A DNA stretch of 64,000 nucleotides. It comes from Kofleriaceae bacterium (lineage in GTDB: Bacteria > Myxococcota_A > Polyangia > Haliangiales > Haliangiaceae). This document shows positions 25,041 to 37,128 of this stretch, piece after piece. The stretch covers positions 2,716 to 66,715 of the forward strand of contig DASXCY010000002.1 in assembly GCA_036490935.1 (NCBI GenBank). Reading direction: 5' to 3'. Under the pieces are notes generated by a model. That model saw only the letters and a program-made list of their open reading frames with translations. It had not been told where the DNA came from and did not search any database. Positions within the stretch are counted from its first letter, which is position 1. Each line of letters starts with the position of its first letter. The translations under genes and the position numbers were made by a program.

Positions 25041-27074
25041 GTGCGTACCACGGCAGTCGGCCTCGTTGCGGCTCTGTGCGCCGCGGGTTGCGGCGACGAC
25101 CAGCACGCGAACGTCGCGATCGTCTCCGCGCAGTGGGGCGAGGCGCTCGGCGAATACGCCGCGCAAGTCCCCGGCGGCGTCGTCACGTTCGCGACCGGCG
25201 ACGGCACGCTCGCGCGCGACGGCGACGCGTTCCAGATCGGTGTCGTCGACGATGCGGCGATGCCTGCCGAAGGCTATCGCGTCGATCCGGTCGCGGGCGC
25301 GGGCCGCGCGTGGATCGTGCACGCGCACGACGTGCTGGGCGCTCAGTACGGCGTGACCGACGCGCTCGAGAACCTCGGGTTTCGATTTCGCCATCCGTAC
25401 GAGCCGTACGTCCCGGCGCCGCCGGTTCCGCGCGGCGACGCGCTCGGCGTCGTTCACGCGCCGCAGGTGCGCGTGCGCGGCCTGCAGCTCCACACGCTGC
25501 ATCCGATCGAGGGCTACTTCGCGTTCTGGGAGAACGATCCCGACGACGCGCATCGCATCATCGACTGGGTCGTCAAGAACCGCGGCAACTTCCTGCAGTG
25601 GGTCGCGCTGAACGACATCGACGATCCGGCGCGGCGCGCCGAGTGGCAGGCGTACACGCGCGACGCGATCGACTACGCGCACATGCGCGGCATTCGCATC
25701 GGCATCGGCGTCGAGCTGTTCAGCCAGAGCAACTTGCAGGACGCGTTCACGCTCGTGCCGAACACCGCGCCGGCCGCCGATCAGATCGCCGCGAACCTGC
25801 CGCTCGTCGCCAACGACCTGCCGTGGGACGTGTTCGCGCTCAGCTTCGGCGAGTTCTTCGACGCCGATCCGCAGGCGTTCATCGATTCGGTGAACACGAC
25901 CGCCGCCACCGTGCACGCGATGGCGCCGGCTGCCGAGCTCCACGCGGACGTGCACGTCGGCGGCACGCAGCTCGTCACGTACATGGGCCAGACGATGATC
26001 TATTACTTCCTCGTCCGGTTCGCCGATCCGACGGTCATCCCCGACATCCACACGGTGATGTATTTCGATCTGTTCGAGAGCGCGGGCGGCGCGTATCAGA
26101 TGGCCGACTTCTCGCCGCACCGCGAGTACTTGCTCGAGAAGATGTGCGCGCACCAGCCGGCGGCTTACTTCCCCGAGAACGCGTACTGGATCGCGTTCGA
26201 CGACTCGGTGCCGCAGTACGATCCGCTGTACGTGCGCTCGCGGCTGTTCGATCTACAGCAGCTGCGCGCGGCCGCGCCGCCGCCGTGCGGGCCGCTCGAC
26301 GAGCACCTGCTGTTCTCGTCGGGCTGGGAGTGGGGCTACTGGCTGCACGACACCGCGGCGTTGCGCGCGAGCTACGAGCTGCCCGACTCGCAACAGGCGC
26401 TGTTCGAGCAGCAGCTCGCGCCCGATCTCGGCACCGGCGCCGCGGATCTGGTCTCCGAGCTCGCCGACGATCAGCACGACGCGCTGATCGGCGACGGCCT
26501 CGCCGCGTACCTCGCGAGCCGCGACGCGCTGATCGACGCCGGCCGCTCGATCGACGTGGTCTCGCAGCCCGATCGCGTCACGTTCGACGACCTCGCCGGC
26601 GACACGCCCGTGCAGCGTGCGCAGTTCGAGGAGGCCGTGATGGGCCCGCTCGCGCAGTACGTGCAGCGGCTCGACGCGCTCGCGTTTCGCGCGGCCGCCC
26701 TCGAGCTGCCCGATAGCCGGTGGGCGCGCGAGCTCGAGGACGGGTTCGCGATCGATCGCGCGCGCGGCCACTTCATCGACGCGGCGTACCGGGCGACGCT
26801 CGATCACCTCGCCGGCGACGACGCGGCGGCCGCGCGCGACCGCGCGAGCGCGGCGAGCTGGATGGCGACGGGGCAGGGTATCGTCACGCGCCGCCACGGC
26901 GATCGCCACGATCCCGATCCGGAGCTCGTCACGGCGGACGCGAACCATACCGTCTACGCGTTCGGCTACCTCTACATGGCCGACACGCTGTGCTACTGGC
27001 ACCGCGAGCTCGATCAGGTCGACGCCGTGCTCGGCAACTCGACGACGACGCCACCGTCGTGCGTGTACCCGTAG
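25041..27074 (+). CDS. Large lipoprotein, possibly glycoside-hydrolase-like (677 aa)
   Basis: GTG 25041. MRTTAVGLVAALCAAGC lipobox. EGYRVDPVAGAGRAWIVHAHDVLGAQYGVTDALENLGFRF resembles the N-terminal domain of GH20b/DUF4838-type proteins. The functional call is weak. Confidence 0.75.
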   Translation: MRTTAVGLVAALCAAGCGDDQHANVAIVSAQWGEALGEYAAQVPGGVVTFATGDGTLARDGDAFQIGVVDDAAMPAEGYRVDPVAGAGRAWIVHAHDVLGAQYGVTDALENLGFRFRHPYEPYVPAPPVPRGDALGVVHAPQVRVRGLQLHTLHPIEGYFAFWENDPDDAHRIIDWVVKNRGNFLQWVALNDIDDPARRAEWQAYTRDAIDYAHMRGIRIGIGVELFSQSNLQDAFTLVPNTAPAADQIAANLPLVANDLPWDVFALSFGEFFDADPQAFIDSVNTTAATVHAMAPAAELHADVHVGGTQLVTYMGQTMIYYFLVRFADPTVIPDIHTVMYFDLFESAGGAYQMADFSPHREYLLEKMCAHQPAAYFPENAYWIAFDDSVPQYDPLYVRSRLFDLQQLRAAAPPPCGPLDEHLLFSSGWEWGYWLHDTAALRASYELPDSQQALFEQQLAPDLGTGAADLVSELADDQHDALIGDGLAAYLASRDALIDAGRSIDVVSQPDRVTFDDLAGDTPVQRAQFEEAVMGPLAQYVQRLDALAFRAAALELPDSRWARELEDGFAIDRARGHFIDAAYRATLDHLAGDDAAAARDRASAASWMATGQGIVTRRHGDRHDPDPELVTADANHTVYAFGYLYMADTLCYWHRELDQVDAVLGNSTTTPPSCVYP

Positions 27075-27080
27075 CTTCGC

Positions 27081-27830
27081 TCACCGCGTGGCGATGCGCA
27101 GCGCGACCACGGCCGCGGTCCAGCACGCGTCGTCGGTGCCGGCGGGCAGCGCGGCCGCGAGATCGTAGCTGCCTGCGACCACGCCCGGCACGTCGTCGCC
27201 GACGAGCGCGTAGAACTGGGTGTCGACGCCGCGCTCGGTCAGGCCGGTGCCGGCCGTGATCGTGCCGACGCCGTCGAGATCGGCGTAGACGCCGACGATC
27301 ACGTCGGGCTGGGTCGTGACGAGCGGACCGGGATCGGCGATGCCCCCGGCGGCCGGCGCGACGACTCCGCCCGCGACATCGACCGGCGACTCGGTATCGA
27401 GCCCGGTGTACTCGAGCACGGCCATGCCGATCGCGGTGGCGTTCGCTTGCGTCACCGTCACGACGTCGGCATCGGTCGTGACCGCGGTCGTGTACCAGAA
27501 CTGCAGGCGCGGCGCGCAGCCGATCATCGCGACGGCAGGGACGCTCGTCCACGTCGCCAGATCGGAGTCGGTGACCGCCAGTGCATCCGACAGGTCACTC
27601 GTGTACGTCGCGACGACGAGCAGATCACCGGCGCGAATGCCGGCGGAGACCGCGAGCGACGTGCTGCTGTACGTCGGTTCCATGACCTGGATCAGCGCGG
27701 GGACCGCGAGTGCCGCATCGAGTCGCGCGTCGAGTCGCGCGGTGTCGGAAGCGGCCGCATCGGACGCGACGGCGCCGCCGGCCGAGAACCGGCAGCCCGC
27801 CACGACCAGCAACGCGATGACGCGCCCCAC
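27081..27830 (-). CDS. Hypothetical lipoprotein (249 aa)
   Basis: MGRVIALLVVAGC lipobox. High GC3 and ordinary composition. Confidence 0.7.
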   Translation of the reverse strand: MGRVIALLVVAGCRFSAGGAVASDAAASDTARLDARLDAALAVPALIQVMEPTYSSTSLAVSAGIRAGDLLVVATYTSDLSDALAVTDSDLATWTSVPAVAMIGCAPRLQFWYTTAVTTDADVVTVTQANATAIGMAVLEYTGLDTESPVDVAGGVVAPAAGGIADPGPLVTTQPDVIVGVYADLDGVGTITAGTGLTERGVDTQFYALVGDDVPGVVAGSYDLAAALPAGTDDACWTAAVVALRIATR

Positions 27831-27984
27831 CTCCGGATCATCTCACGGTGCGGGGTTGTGCTACACGGGCGACCTCGCACGGCAAACCGGCTGCACCGCG
27901 CCGAGGCGCCACGCACGGCGGGCGCGATTTCCCGCGCGTGCGACCGGCCGGGCGCTGGAACGCGGGCTGCAATCATCACGCGGG

Positions 27985-28164
27985 ATGAAGACCATCGGCG
28001 ATGTCGTCTCGGAGCTGTTCACGAAGTACGAACGCCGCTATCACGACGCCGAGCTCGCGGCGGTCGCGACCGAGGTCGAGCTCGACGACCTGCTTCGCGA
28101 GCAGGTCGCGACCAAGCGCGCGGCGCTCCAGCGGCTGCGCATGCTCGCGCGCAAGGCGGCCTGA
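27985..28164 (+). CDS. Small helical hypothetical protein (59 aa)
   Basis: ATG 27985. MKTIGDVVSELFTKYERRYHDAELAAVATEVELDDLLREQVATKRAALQRLRMLARKAA. Nearly every codon ends in G/C. Confidence 0.5.
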   Translation: MKTIGDVVSELFTKYERRYHDAELAAVATEVELDDLLREQVATKRAALQRLRMLARKAA

Positions 28165-28189
28165 GCTTACGGTCGGGGGGAAGCCGGCA

Positions 28190-29221
28190 CTACGAGTGAT
28201 GATCGTGATGCAGGTCGAGCGCGTGCGCGTGCACGTGCTCGACGCGATCATGGCGGTGAACGTGCGCGTGCTCGCCGGTGACCGGCGGTTCGTGGACGTG
28301 GTCGTGGTGGCCGTCGTCGTGGCGATGCGCGTGCTCGTGCTCGACGGGCGCGTGGACGTGCCCGTGCTCGTGATGCTCGGAGATGTGGAGATAGACGCCG
28401 ACGGCGAACGCGCCGAGGGCGGCGAGCGTGCCGTAGCCGGCGCCGCGATCGCCGGCGAGCCACGCGATCGCCGCGCCGATGAACGGCGCGAGCGCGAACA
28501 CCGACGCGGTGCGGCCGGCGCCGATCCGGCGCTGCGCGAGCAGGTACAGGCGCAGGCTCGCGCCGTAGCCGGTGGCGCCGCACGCGACGAGCGCCGCGGC
28601 GGCGGGCAGCGCGGGCAGCGCTTCGCCGCGCAGCCCGGCGAGCGACGCGGTGAGCGCGGCGCCGAGCGCGCCCTTGATGAAGATGACCTGCCACGGATCG
28701 CGCTCCGCGAGCGGCCGCGTCCACGTGTTGTCGAGCGCCCACGCGAGCGTCGCGCCGGCGATCGCGAGCGCGCCGGCCGCGCCCAGCGACATCGAGCCGG
28801 CGACGTCGAGCACGAGGGCGCAGCCGCCGGCGACCATGCACGCGACCGCAAGCGCGACGCGCCGGCCGAGCGGCTCGCGAAACACCGCGCGCGCGAGCAG
28901 CACGGTGAACACCGCCTCGAGGTTGAGCAGGAGCGCGCCGGCGGTGGCGCCCGCGCGTTGCAGTCCCCACGCGAGCAACGTCGGCGCCGCCGCGCCACCG
29001 GCGACGGCGATCGCGAGCAAGCGCGGCAGATCGGCGCGCCGAACGCGCGGCTGGTGCGCGCGCGAGGCGGCACGCAGCACGCCCGCGACGAGCGCGGCGC
29101 CGGCATACAGCAGCGCGGCGGTCGCGAGTGGCCCGACGCCGTGCCCGGCCCACGCGACGATCGGCGTCGTCGCGCCGAACGCGAGGGCGGCCGCGACCGC
29201 GAGCAGCACGCCGGACTTCAT
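28190..29221 (-). CDS. DMT/EamA-family permease with a histidine-rich C-terminal tail (343 aa)
   Basis: About ten hydrophobic segments in two EamA-like halves. The last 66 residues contain 25 His (..EHHEHGHVHAPVEHEHAHRHDDGHHDHVHE..HAHVHRHDRVEHVHAHALDLHHDHHS). Confidence 0.85.
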   Translation of the reverse strand: MKSGVLLAVAAALAFGATTPIVAWAGHGVGPLATAALLYAGAALVAGVLRAASRAHQPRVRRADLPRLLAIAVAGGAAAPTLLAWGLQRAGATAGALLLNLEAVFTVLLARAVFREPLGRRVALAVACMVAGGCALVLDVAGSMSLGAAGALAIAGATLAWALDNTWTRPLAERDPWQVIFIKGALGAALTASLAGLRGEALPALPAAAALVACGATGYGASLRLYLLAQRRIGAGRTASVFALAPFIGAAIAWLAGDRGAGYGTLAALGAFAVGVYLHISEHHEHGHVHAPVEHEHAHRHDDGHHDHVHEPPVTGEHAHVHRHDRVEHVHAHALDLHHDHHS

Positions 29222-29236
29222 GCGTCGAGCTTACCG

Positions 29237-32569
<3,333 letters not shown>

Positions 32570-32592
32570 CCCAGCACACGCAACTGCCCGTC

Positions 32593-32623
32593 AAACCCTG
32601 CAAAACACAAAACTGCAGGGTTT
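32593..32623. promoter_or_regulatory. Perfect 10-bp inverted repeat AAACCCTGCA-N11-TGCAGGGTTT in the 88-bp divergent intergenic region
   Basis: Arms at 32593-32602 and 32614-32623 are exact reverse complements. The spacer aaacacaaaac is unusually AT-rich for this window. It lies 35 nt upstream of ATG 32658 and 24 nt from the ATPase start. Confidence 0.5.
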
Positions 32624-32657
32624 TCGGGCCGACTACGTGAGTGCTGCTGGAGGACCC

Positions 32658-35351
32658 ATGCACGATCACGAGCCCAAGGACCAGCCGCCGGCGGCCGACC
32701 GCGAAGACCCGATCTCCGCCGCGCAGCGCGGCACGCAGGGCCCCGGCGGCCCGCTGCCGTTCCTCGATCAGATCCAGCGCGCGTTCGGCCGTCACGACAT
32801 CAGCAACATCCGCGCGCACCAGGGCGTGGAGGCGGCGCGCGCCGCCGCCGACGTCGGCGCGGAGGCGTTCGCGCTCGGCGATCACGTCGTGTTCGGCAAG
32901 GCGCCCGACCTGCACCTCGCCGCGCACGAAGCCACGCACGTCGTGCAGCAGCGCGCGGGCCACGGCCCCGGCGACGGGCTCGAGCAGCACGCGGACGAAG
33001 TGGCCGCGCGCGTGGTGCGCGGCGAATCGGCCGAGCCGATCCTCGATCGCGTCGCGCCGGGCCGCTCGGCCGGCTCGGCGCCACCGCGCGGCGTGCAGAT
33101 GGTGAAGGGGCTCGCGGTCGACGCCGAGGTCACCGTCAAGAACCGCAAGCCCGGTTGCAAGATCACCGCGATCATCGACGCCGACAACTACGAGATCCGC
33201 GAGCCCGGAGCCGCGCGCAACGTGAAGGTCCACGAGCGCGACGTGACGCTCGCCCCGCCCAAGCCCGAGGAGCCCAAGCCGTTCGTGCCGAAGCCGGGCA
33301 TGGAGATCAACGTGCAGTCGGAGAAAGGCATCTGGATCGTCGTCTCGCAGACCGGTCCGAGCTACAAGGTACGGCCGAAGCACGCGAAGCCCGGCGACAC
33401 GAGCCAGGATCTCGACGTCAAGAAGTGGGCGATCAGCGACGTCAGCGCGGCGACGCGCAAGCTCGTCGAGCAAGCCGAGAAGACCGCGCCGCTCGTCGTC
33501 GGTGACTCGTGCAAGTGCCCGATCGTCGATCCCGAGCGGGTGTTCGAGGTGATCGCCGTGCGCGACGACAAGCTCGTCATCAAGAACCAGTACGCGCACG
33601 AGGTCGAGCGCTGGATGACCGTCCACAAGTCGTGGAAGCCGGTCGCGAAGCAGGACAAGACGGTCGGCGGCGAGCACACGCTGCTCACCGACGAGCTGAT
33701 CGGCACGCCGGGCTTCGAGAACAAGTCCGCCGCCGAGCTCGGCACGCCGGCGTCGTTCAGCGACGCCGTCACGAGCTACGACGGCAAGGTGCCGGGCGCG
33801 CTCAAGTCCGAGGCCAAGGACTTCAAGGACACCGCGCGCATCGACGTGTCATCGCGCTTCACCGACGACAAGCTGACGATCGAGTACGTCGTCAGCTCGA
33901 ATCCCGAGTACATGTGCGCGCGCCAGTACCCGAAGGGCGACGCGAAGGCGGCGAAGCCCGATGTTCGCGACCTCGTGCCTCTGCAGCTCGAGACCGCGCC
34001 CGACGAGCACGCCGAGCTGATCGCGGTCGTCGAGCCGTCGGCGGAGAAGAACGTCGTGAGCGGATCGGTCTCGTACACGTGGAAGGCGCTCGCCGAGGCG
34101 ATCCGCCTGAAGGGCGCGGCCGAGATGTCGAATTCCGCCGCGCGCGACGCGGTGACGTCGAAGTACAAGATGCTCGGCGTCAAGGCGCAGTGGCTCGCGA
34201 CGGTCGCCGGCAAGAACAACCAGAACCACACGAGCGGCGGCATCAACCAGAAGGGCGGCTCGGGCGTGGTGCCGCTCGAGAAGATCGCGTCCACCGACTT
34301 CCTCGCGACCGAGAAGGACAAGCGGATCACGAGCTGGAACATGGGCGAGAAGCTCAAGGCCGACCGCGCGGTGCTCGAAAAGTTCCCCGGGATCATGGCC
34401 GAAGGTCGCGAGCTCGCGACCACGCTCGAGGCCGAGTCCGAGTTCCGCGTCGAGCCGGAGAAGTTCAAGGCGATCGTGACGAAGATGGATTCGATCGCCT
34501 CGACCAAGGAGTACTGGGACCACTTCGGCATCCAGAAGATGTCGAAGAGCGATCCGAAGCAGTACGTCGACACGTATTACGACATCGCCGGCAGCGCCGG
34601 GCACGACAACGCGCTGCTCGAAAACAGCATCGTGTTGCGCGAGCGCCACGTCGCGACCGATCCCGCCGACACGTTCCTGTTCGCGGTCAAGGGCCATTCG
34701 CACGGCAAGGAAGGCACGCCGGAGAGCATCCGGCTGGCCGCGCAGGTCAACCTCGATCGCAAGGGCGTGACCGCCGACGGCGGCGCCGCGAAGCTCGACG
34801 CGCTGGTCAAGGACACCAGCATCGACAACGCGTTCGGCCGCACGCTCGACCACGCGCTGAGCGGCGGCAAGACCACCGGGCCGGGCGGCACCGAGATGGC
34901 GAAGCTCATGGGCGACACCGGGCACGTCAAGCCGGCGCTGCAGATCAAATCGACGCGTCACAAGTTCCTGATGGAGCTCGCAGGCGGCACCGCGATCGAC
35001 TTCTCGGCCGACGAGGCGACTGGCTTCCAGATCGACGGCACGGGCAAGGTCGTCGAGGCGAAGACGCCGCCGATCGTGTACAGCTTCGAGTTCGGTGTCG
35101 GCCACCCGAGCCTCACCGCGTCGGCGACGCCGTCGCAGGCCAAGGGCGCGGCGAGCGTGCAGCGCCCGTATCACGCGCCGCAGGATCTCGACAACCCCGA
35201 GCTGTTCGACAAGGCCGACTACAAGCAGTTCCAGAAGCTGCGCGACGACGTGATCAAGGACGCGCTCGCCGAGAAGGGCGAGAAGTTCGACAAGGGCGGC
35301 AACAAGGCGCACCTGCTCGCCGGGATGCTCGGGATGATCGGGAAGCAGTAG
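32658..35351 (+). CDS. DUF4157 (HExxH) domain protein with a long Lys-rich uncharacterised C-terminal region (897 aa)
   Basis: ATG 32658 is preceded by GGAGGA. LPFLDQIQRAFGRHDISNIRAHQGVEAARAAADVGAEAFALGDHVVFG..LAAHEATHVVQQ matches the DUF4157 pattern. The rest has K much more frequent than R, unlike neighbouring genes. Confidence 0.9.
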   Translation: MHDHEPKDQPPAADREDPISAAQRGTQGPGGPLPFLDQIQRAFGRHDISNIRAHQGVEAARAAADVGAEAFALGDHVVFGKAPDLHLAAHEATHVVQQRAGHGPGDGLEQHADEVAARVVRGESAEPILDRVAPGRSAGSAPPRGVQMVKGLAVDAEVTVKNRKPGCKITAIIDADNYEIREPGAARNVKVHERDVTLAPPKPEEPKPFVPKPGMEINVQSEKGIWIVVSQTGPSYKVRPKHAKPGDTSQDLDVKKWAISDVSAATRKLVEQAEKTAPLVVGDSCKCPIVDPERVFEVIAVRDDKLVIKNQYAHEVERWMTVHKSWKPVAKQDKTVGGEHTLLTDELIGTPGFENKSAAELGTPASFSDAVTSYDGKVPGALKSEAKDFKDTARIDVSSRFTDDKLTIEYVVSSNPEYMCARQYPKGDAKAAKPDVRDLVPLQLETAPDEHAELIAVVEPSAEKNVVSGSVSYTWKALAEAIRLKGAAEMSNSAARDAVTSKYKMLGVKAQWLATVAGKNNQNHTSGGINQKGGSGVVPLEKIASTDFLATEKDKRITSWNMGEKLKADRAVLEKFPGIMAEGRELATTLEAESEFRVEPEKFKAIVTKMDSIASTKEYWDHFGIQKMSKSDPKQYVDTYYDIAGSAGHDNALLENSIVLRERHVATDPADTFLFAVKGHSHGKEGTPESIRLAAQVNLDRKGVTADGGAAKLDALVKDTSIDNAFGRTLDHALSGGKTTGPGGTEMAKLMGDTGHVKPALQIKSTRHKFLMELAGGTAIDFSADEATGFQIDGTGKVVEAKTPPIVYSFEFGVGHPSLTASATPSQAKGAASVQRPYHAPQDLDNPELFDKADYKQFQKLRDDVIKDALAEKGEKFDKGGNKAHLLAGMLGMIGKQ

Positions 35352-35355
35352 CGGG

Positions 35356-35919
35356 TCACGGCCCGGCGATCGCGATCGTGCCCGCGAGCGTCGCGGACAC
35401 GCGGTCGACGGTCGCGCCGCACGTGCGCGTCAGCGAGACCGTGCCTGCGGCGACGAGCGCGAAGCCGGCGTGCGCGGAGCCAGCGTCGCACAGGCCGGTC
35501 GCCGACACCGTGCCGGCCGGGGCGACCGAGGCGTCGATCGCGAACGAGCAGCCGGCCGCCGTGCCGTCGAGATCGACGAGCTGCGCCGCGCTGCCGAGCG
35601 CGAGCCCGCCGGGGAGCCGCTCGGGGTGCGGGATGCAGAGCGTGAGCAGCGGATCGGCGCCATCCGGCGATTCGATCGTCATCGACACGACACCCGGCGT
35701 GGCCGGATCGGGGCAGTCGTTGTTCGGGCTCGCCGACAGGTTCGCGAACGCGAGCGCCGTCGTGCCCGCCGTCGCGACGAGGCCCGTGGTCGACGCCGAG
35801 CCGATGCCGCAGTACGCGTCGGGCTGGGTCGGCCCGGGGCCACAGCTTGCCGTGACCGCGAGCACGCACACGGCGAGGCGCCGAGTCACGCGACGAGCAT
35901 ACTCACGCGGCCGCGGCAT
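35356..35919 (-). CDS. Hypothetical lipoprotein (187 aa; alternative GTG start 35889)
   Basis: ..VTRRLAVCVLAVTASCGPGP signal peptide and lipobox. Cys-containing mature part. Only the C-terminal portion of the 605-aa track ORF is credible. Confidence 0.7.
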   Translation of the reverse strand: MPRPREYARRVTRRLAVCVLAVTASCGPGPTQPDAYCGIGSASTTGLVATAGTTALAFANLSASPNNDCPDPATPGVVSMTIESPDGADPLLTLCIPHPERLPGGLALGSAAQLVDLDGTAAGCSFAIDASVAPAGTVSATGLCDAGSAHAGFALVAAGTVSLTRTCGATVDRVSATLAGTIAIAGP

Positions 35920-36041
35920 AGGAATCGGCGACCACCCAGCCGGCCGCGGCCGGCGCCGCCGAGATGGCGAGCTCGCTCCACTGGAACGCGTTCGCCGCGC
36001 CGACGAGCACGGCAACGCCGCGAAGGCCGCGCGGCTCGACC

Positions 36042-37052
36042 TCACGGCCTCACCGCCAGCGACCACCAGGCCTCGGTCGCCGGCAGCGTGACCTGTGCCC
36101 ACGTCACGCCGTCGGGCGAGAGCGCGGCGATGTTCGTCCCGCTGCCCACCGCGACGAACGCCGAGCCGTTCCAGACATCGACGATCCAGCTCTGCGCCGA
36201 CGGCATCGTCTGCATCGTCCAGGTGGCGCAATCGGGCGAGGTCGCGGCGAGGCTCGAGTCCTGCGCCACGGCGCTGAACGTCGAGCCGTTCCACGCCAGC
36301 GCTCCCCAGAACTGGACCGCCGGCATCGTGCCGGCGGTCCACGTGATGCCATCGGGCGACGACGCGAACGTCGCGCTCGGCGTCATGCCGTCGGCGAGGA
36401 ACCCCGACAGCACGCACAACACCGAGCCGTTCCACACCACGTTGCCGTCCCAGTATTCCGACGACGGCAGCGTTTGCGGTGTCCAGTCGATGCAATCGGG
36501 CGAGGTCGCGGCGACGTTCGAGATGAGCCCGATCGCGACGAACTGCGAGCCGGTCCACACGACGTGACCCCAGTAGTTCGACGACGGCATCGCCTGCTCG
36601 GTCCAGCTCACGCAGTCGGTCGAGGTCGCCGCGACGCTGCTGCCGCCCGATTGCACGGCGCAGAACTTCGCGCCGTCCCACGCCACCGAGTTCCAGCGCG
36701 CGCCCTCGGGCATGCTGCCGGTCGTCCACGCGACGCCGTCGCCGGAGACCGCCGTCGCCTGGCCGGCGAGGTCGGTGTTGCCCGCGATCGTGCAGTACGT
36801 CGAATCGCTCGCGCCGACTGCGTCCCACGCTTGCGTCGACGGCAGCAGCTGCTGCGTCCAGGTGAGGCCGTCGGGCGAGAGCAGCGCGAAGTCGATGCCG
36901 TCGCCGGTCAGGATCGACGCGTGAGGGCTCGCCGCCGCGCCGTCCGCGCCGCCGCCGCCCGGCCCGCCGTCGCCTGCCGCGGGCGCGAACCCGAAGCGGC
37001 CGCACGCGCACAGGACCAGCGCGGCGCCTGCGACCCTCATGATCGCGATCAT
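36042..37052 (-). CDS. Lipoprotein with repeated ~45-aa beta-propeller-like units (336 aa)
   Basis: MIAIMRVAGAALVLCAC. Repeats of the type SPDG.TWT....P....W..V.WNGS.F.AV (e.g. SPDGLTWTQQLLPS, SGDGVAWTTGSMPE, STDCVSWTEQAMPS, SPDCIDWTPQTLPS, SPDGITWTAGTMPA, SPDCATWTMQTMPS, SPDGVTWAQVTLPA). Confidence 0.8.
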   Translation of the reverse strand: MIAIMRVAGAALVLCACGRFGFAPAAGDGGPGGGGADGAAASPHASILTGDGIDFALLSPDGLTWTQQLLPSTQAWDAVGASDSTYCTIAGNTDLAGQATAVSGDGVAWTTGSMPEGARWNSVAWDGAKFCAVQSGGSSVAATSTDCVSWTEQAMPSSNYWGHVVWTGSQFVAIGLISNVAATSPDCIDWTPQTLPSSEYWDGNVVWNGSVLCVLSGFLADGMTPSATFASSPDGITWTAGTMPAVQFWGALAWNGSTFSAVAQDSSLAATSPDCATWTMQTMPSAQSWIVDVWNGSAFVAVGSGTNIAALSPDGVTWAQVTLPATEAWWSLAVRP

Positions 37053-37128
37053 AGCCTCGAAAATCCGAGGTGCGGCTGCCGGATGTAGCCGGGTTGCAGC
37101 TGGCGCGGCCGCTGCACGTTCGTGCCGC

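Noticed and set aside
32658-35351. DUF4157 gene as part of a mobile element or prophage because of its Lys-rich, atypical composition
   Set aside because: No integrase, transposase, tRNA target, direct repeats or phage genes flank it. Codons still end mostly in G/C. Compositional oddity alone does not support a mobile-element call.
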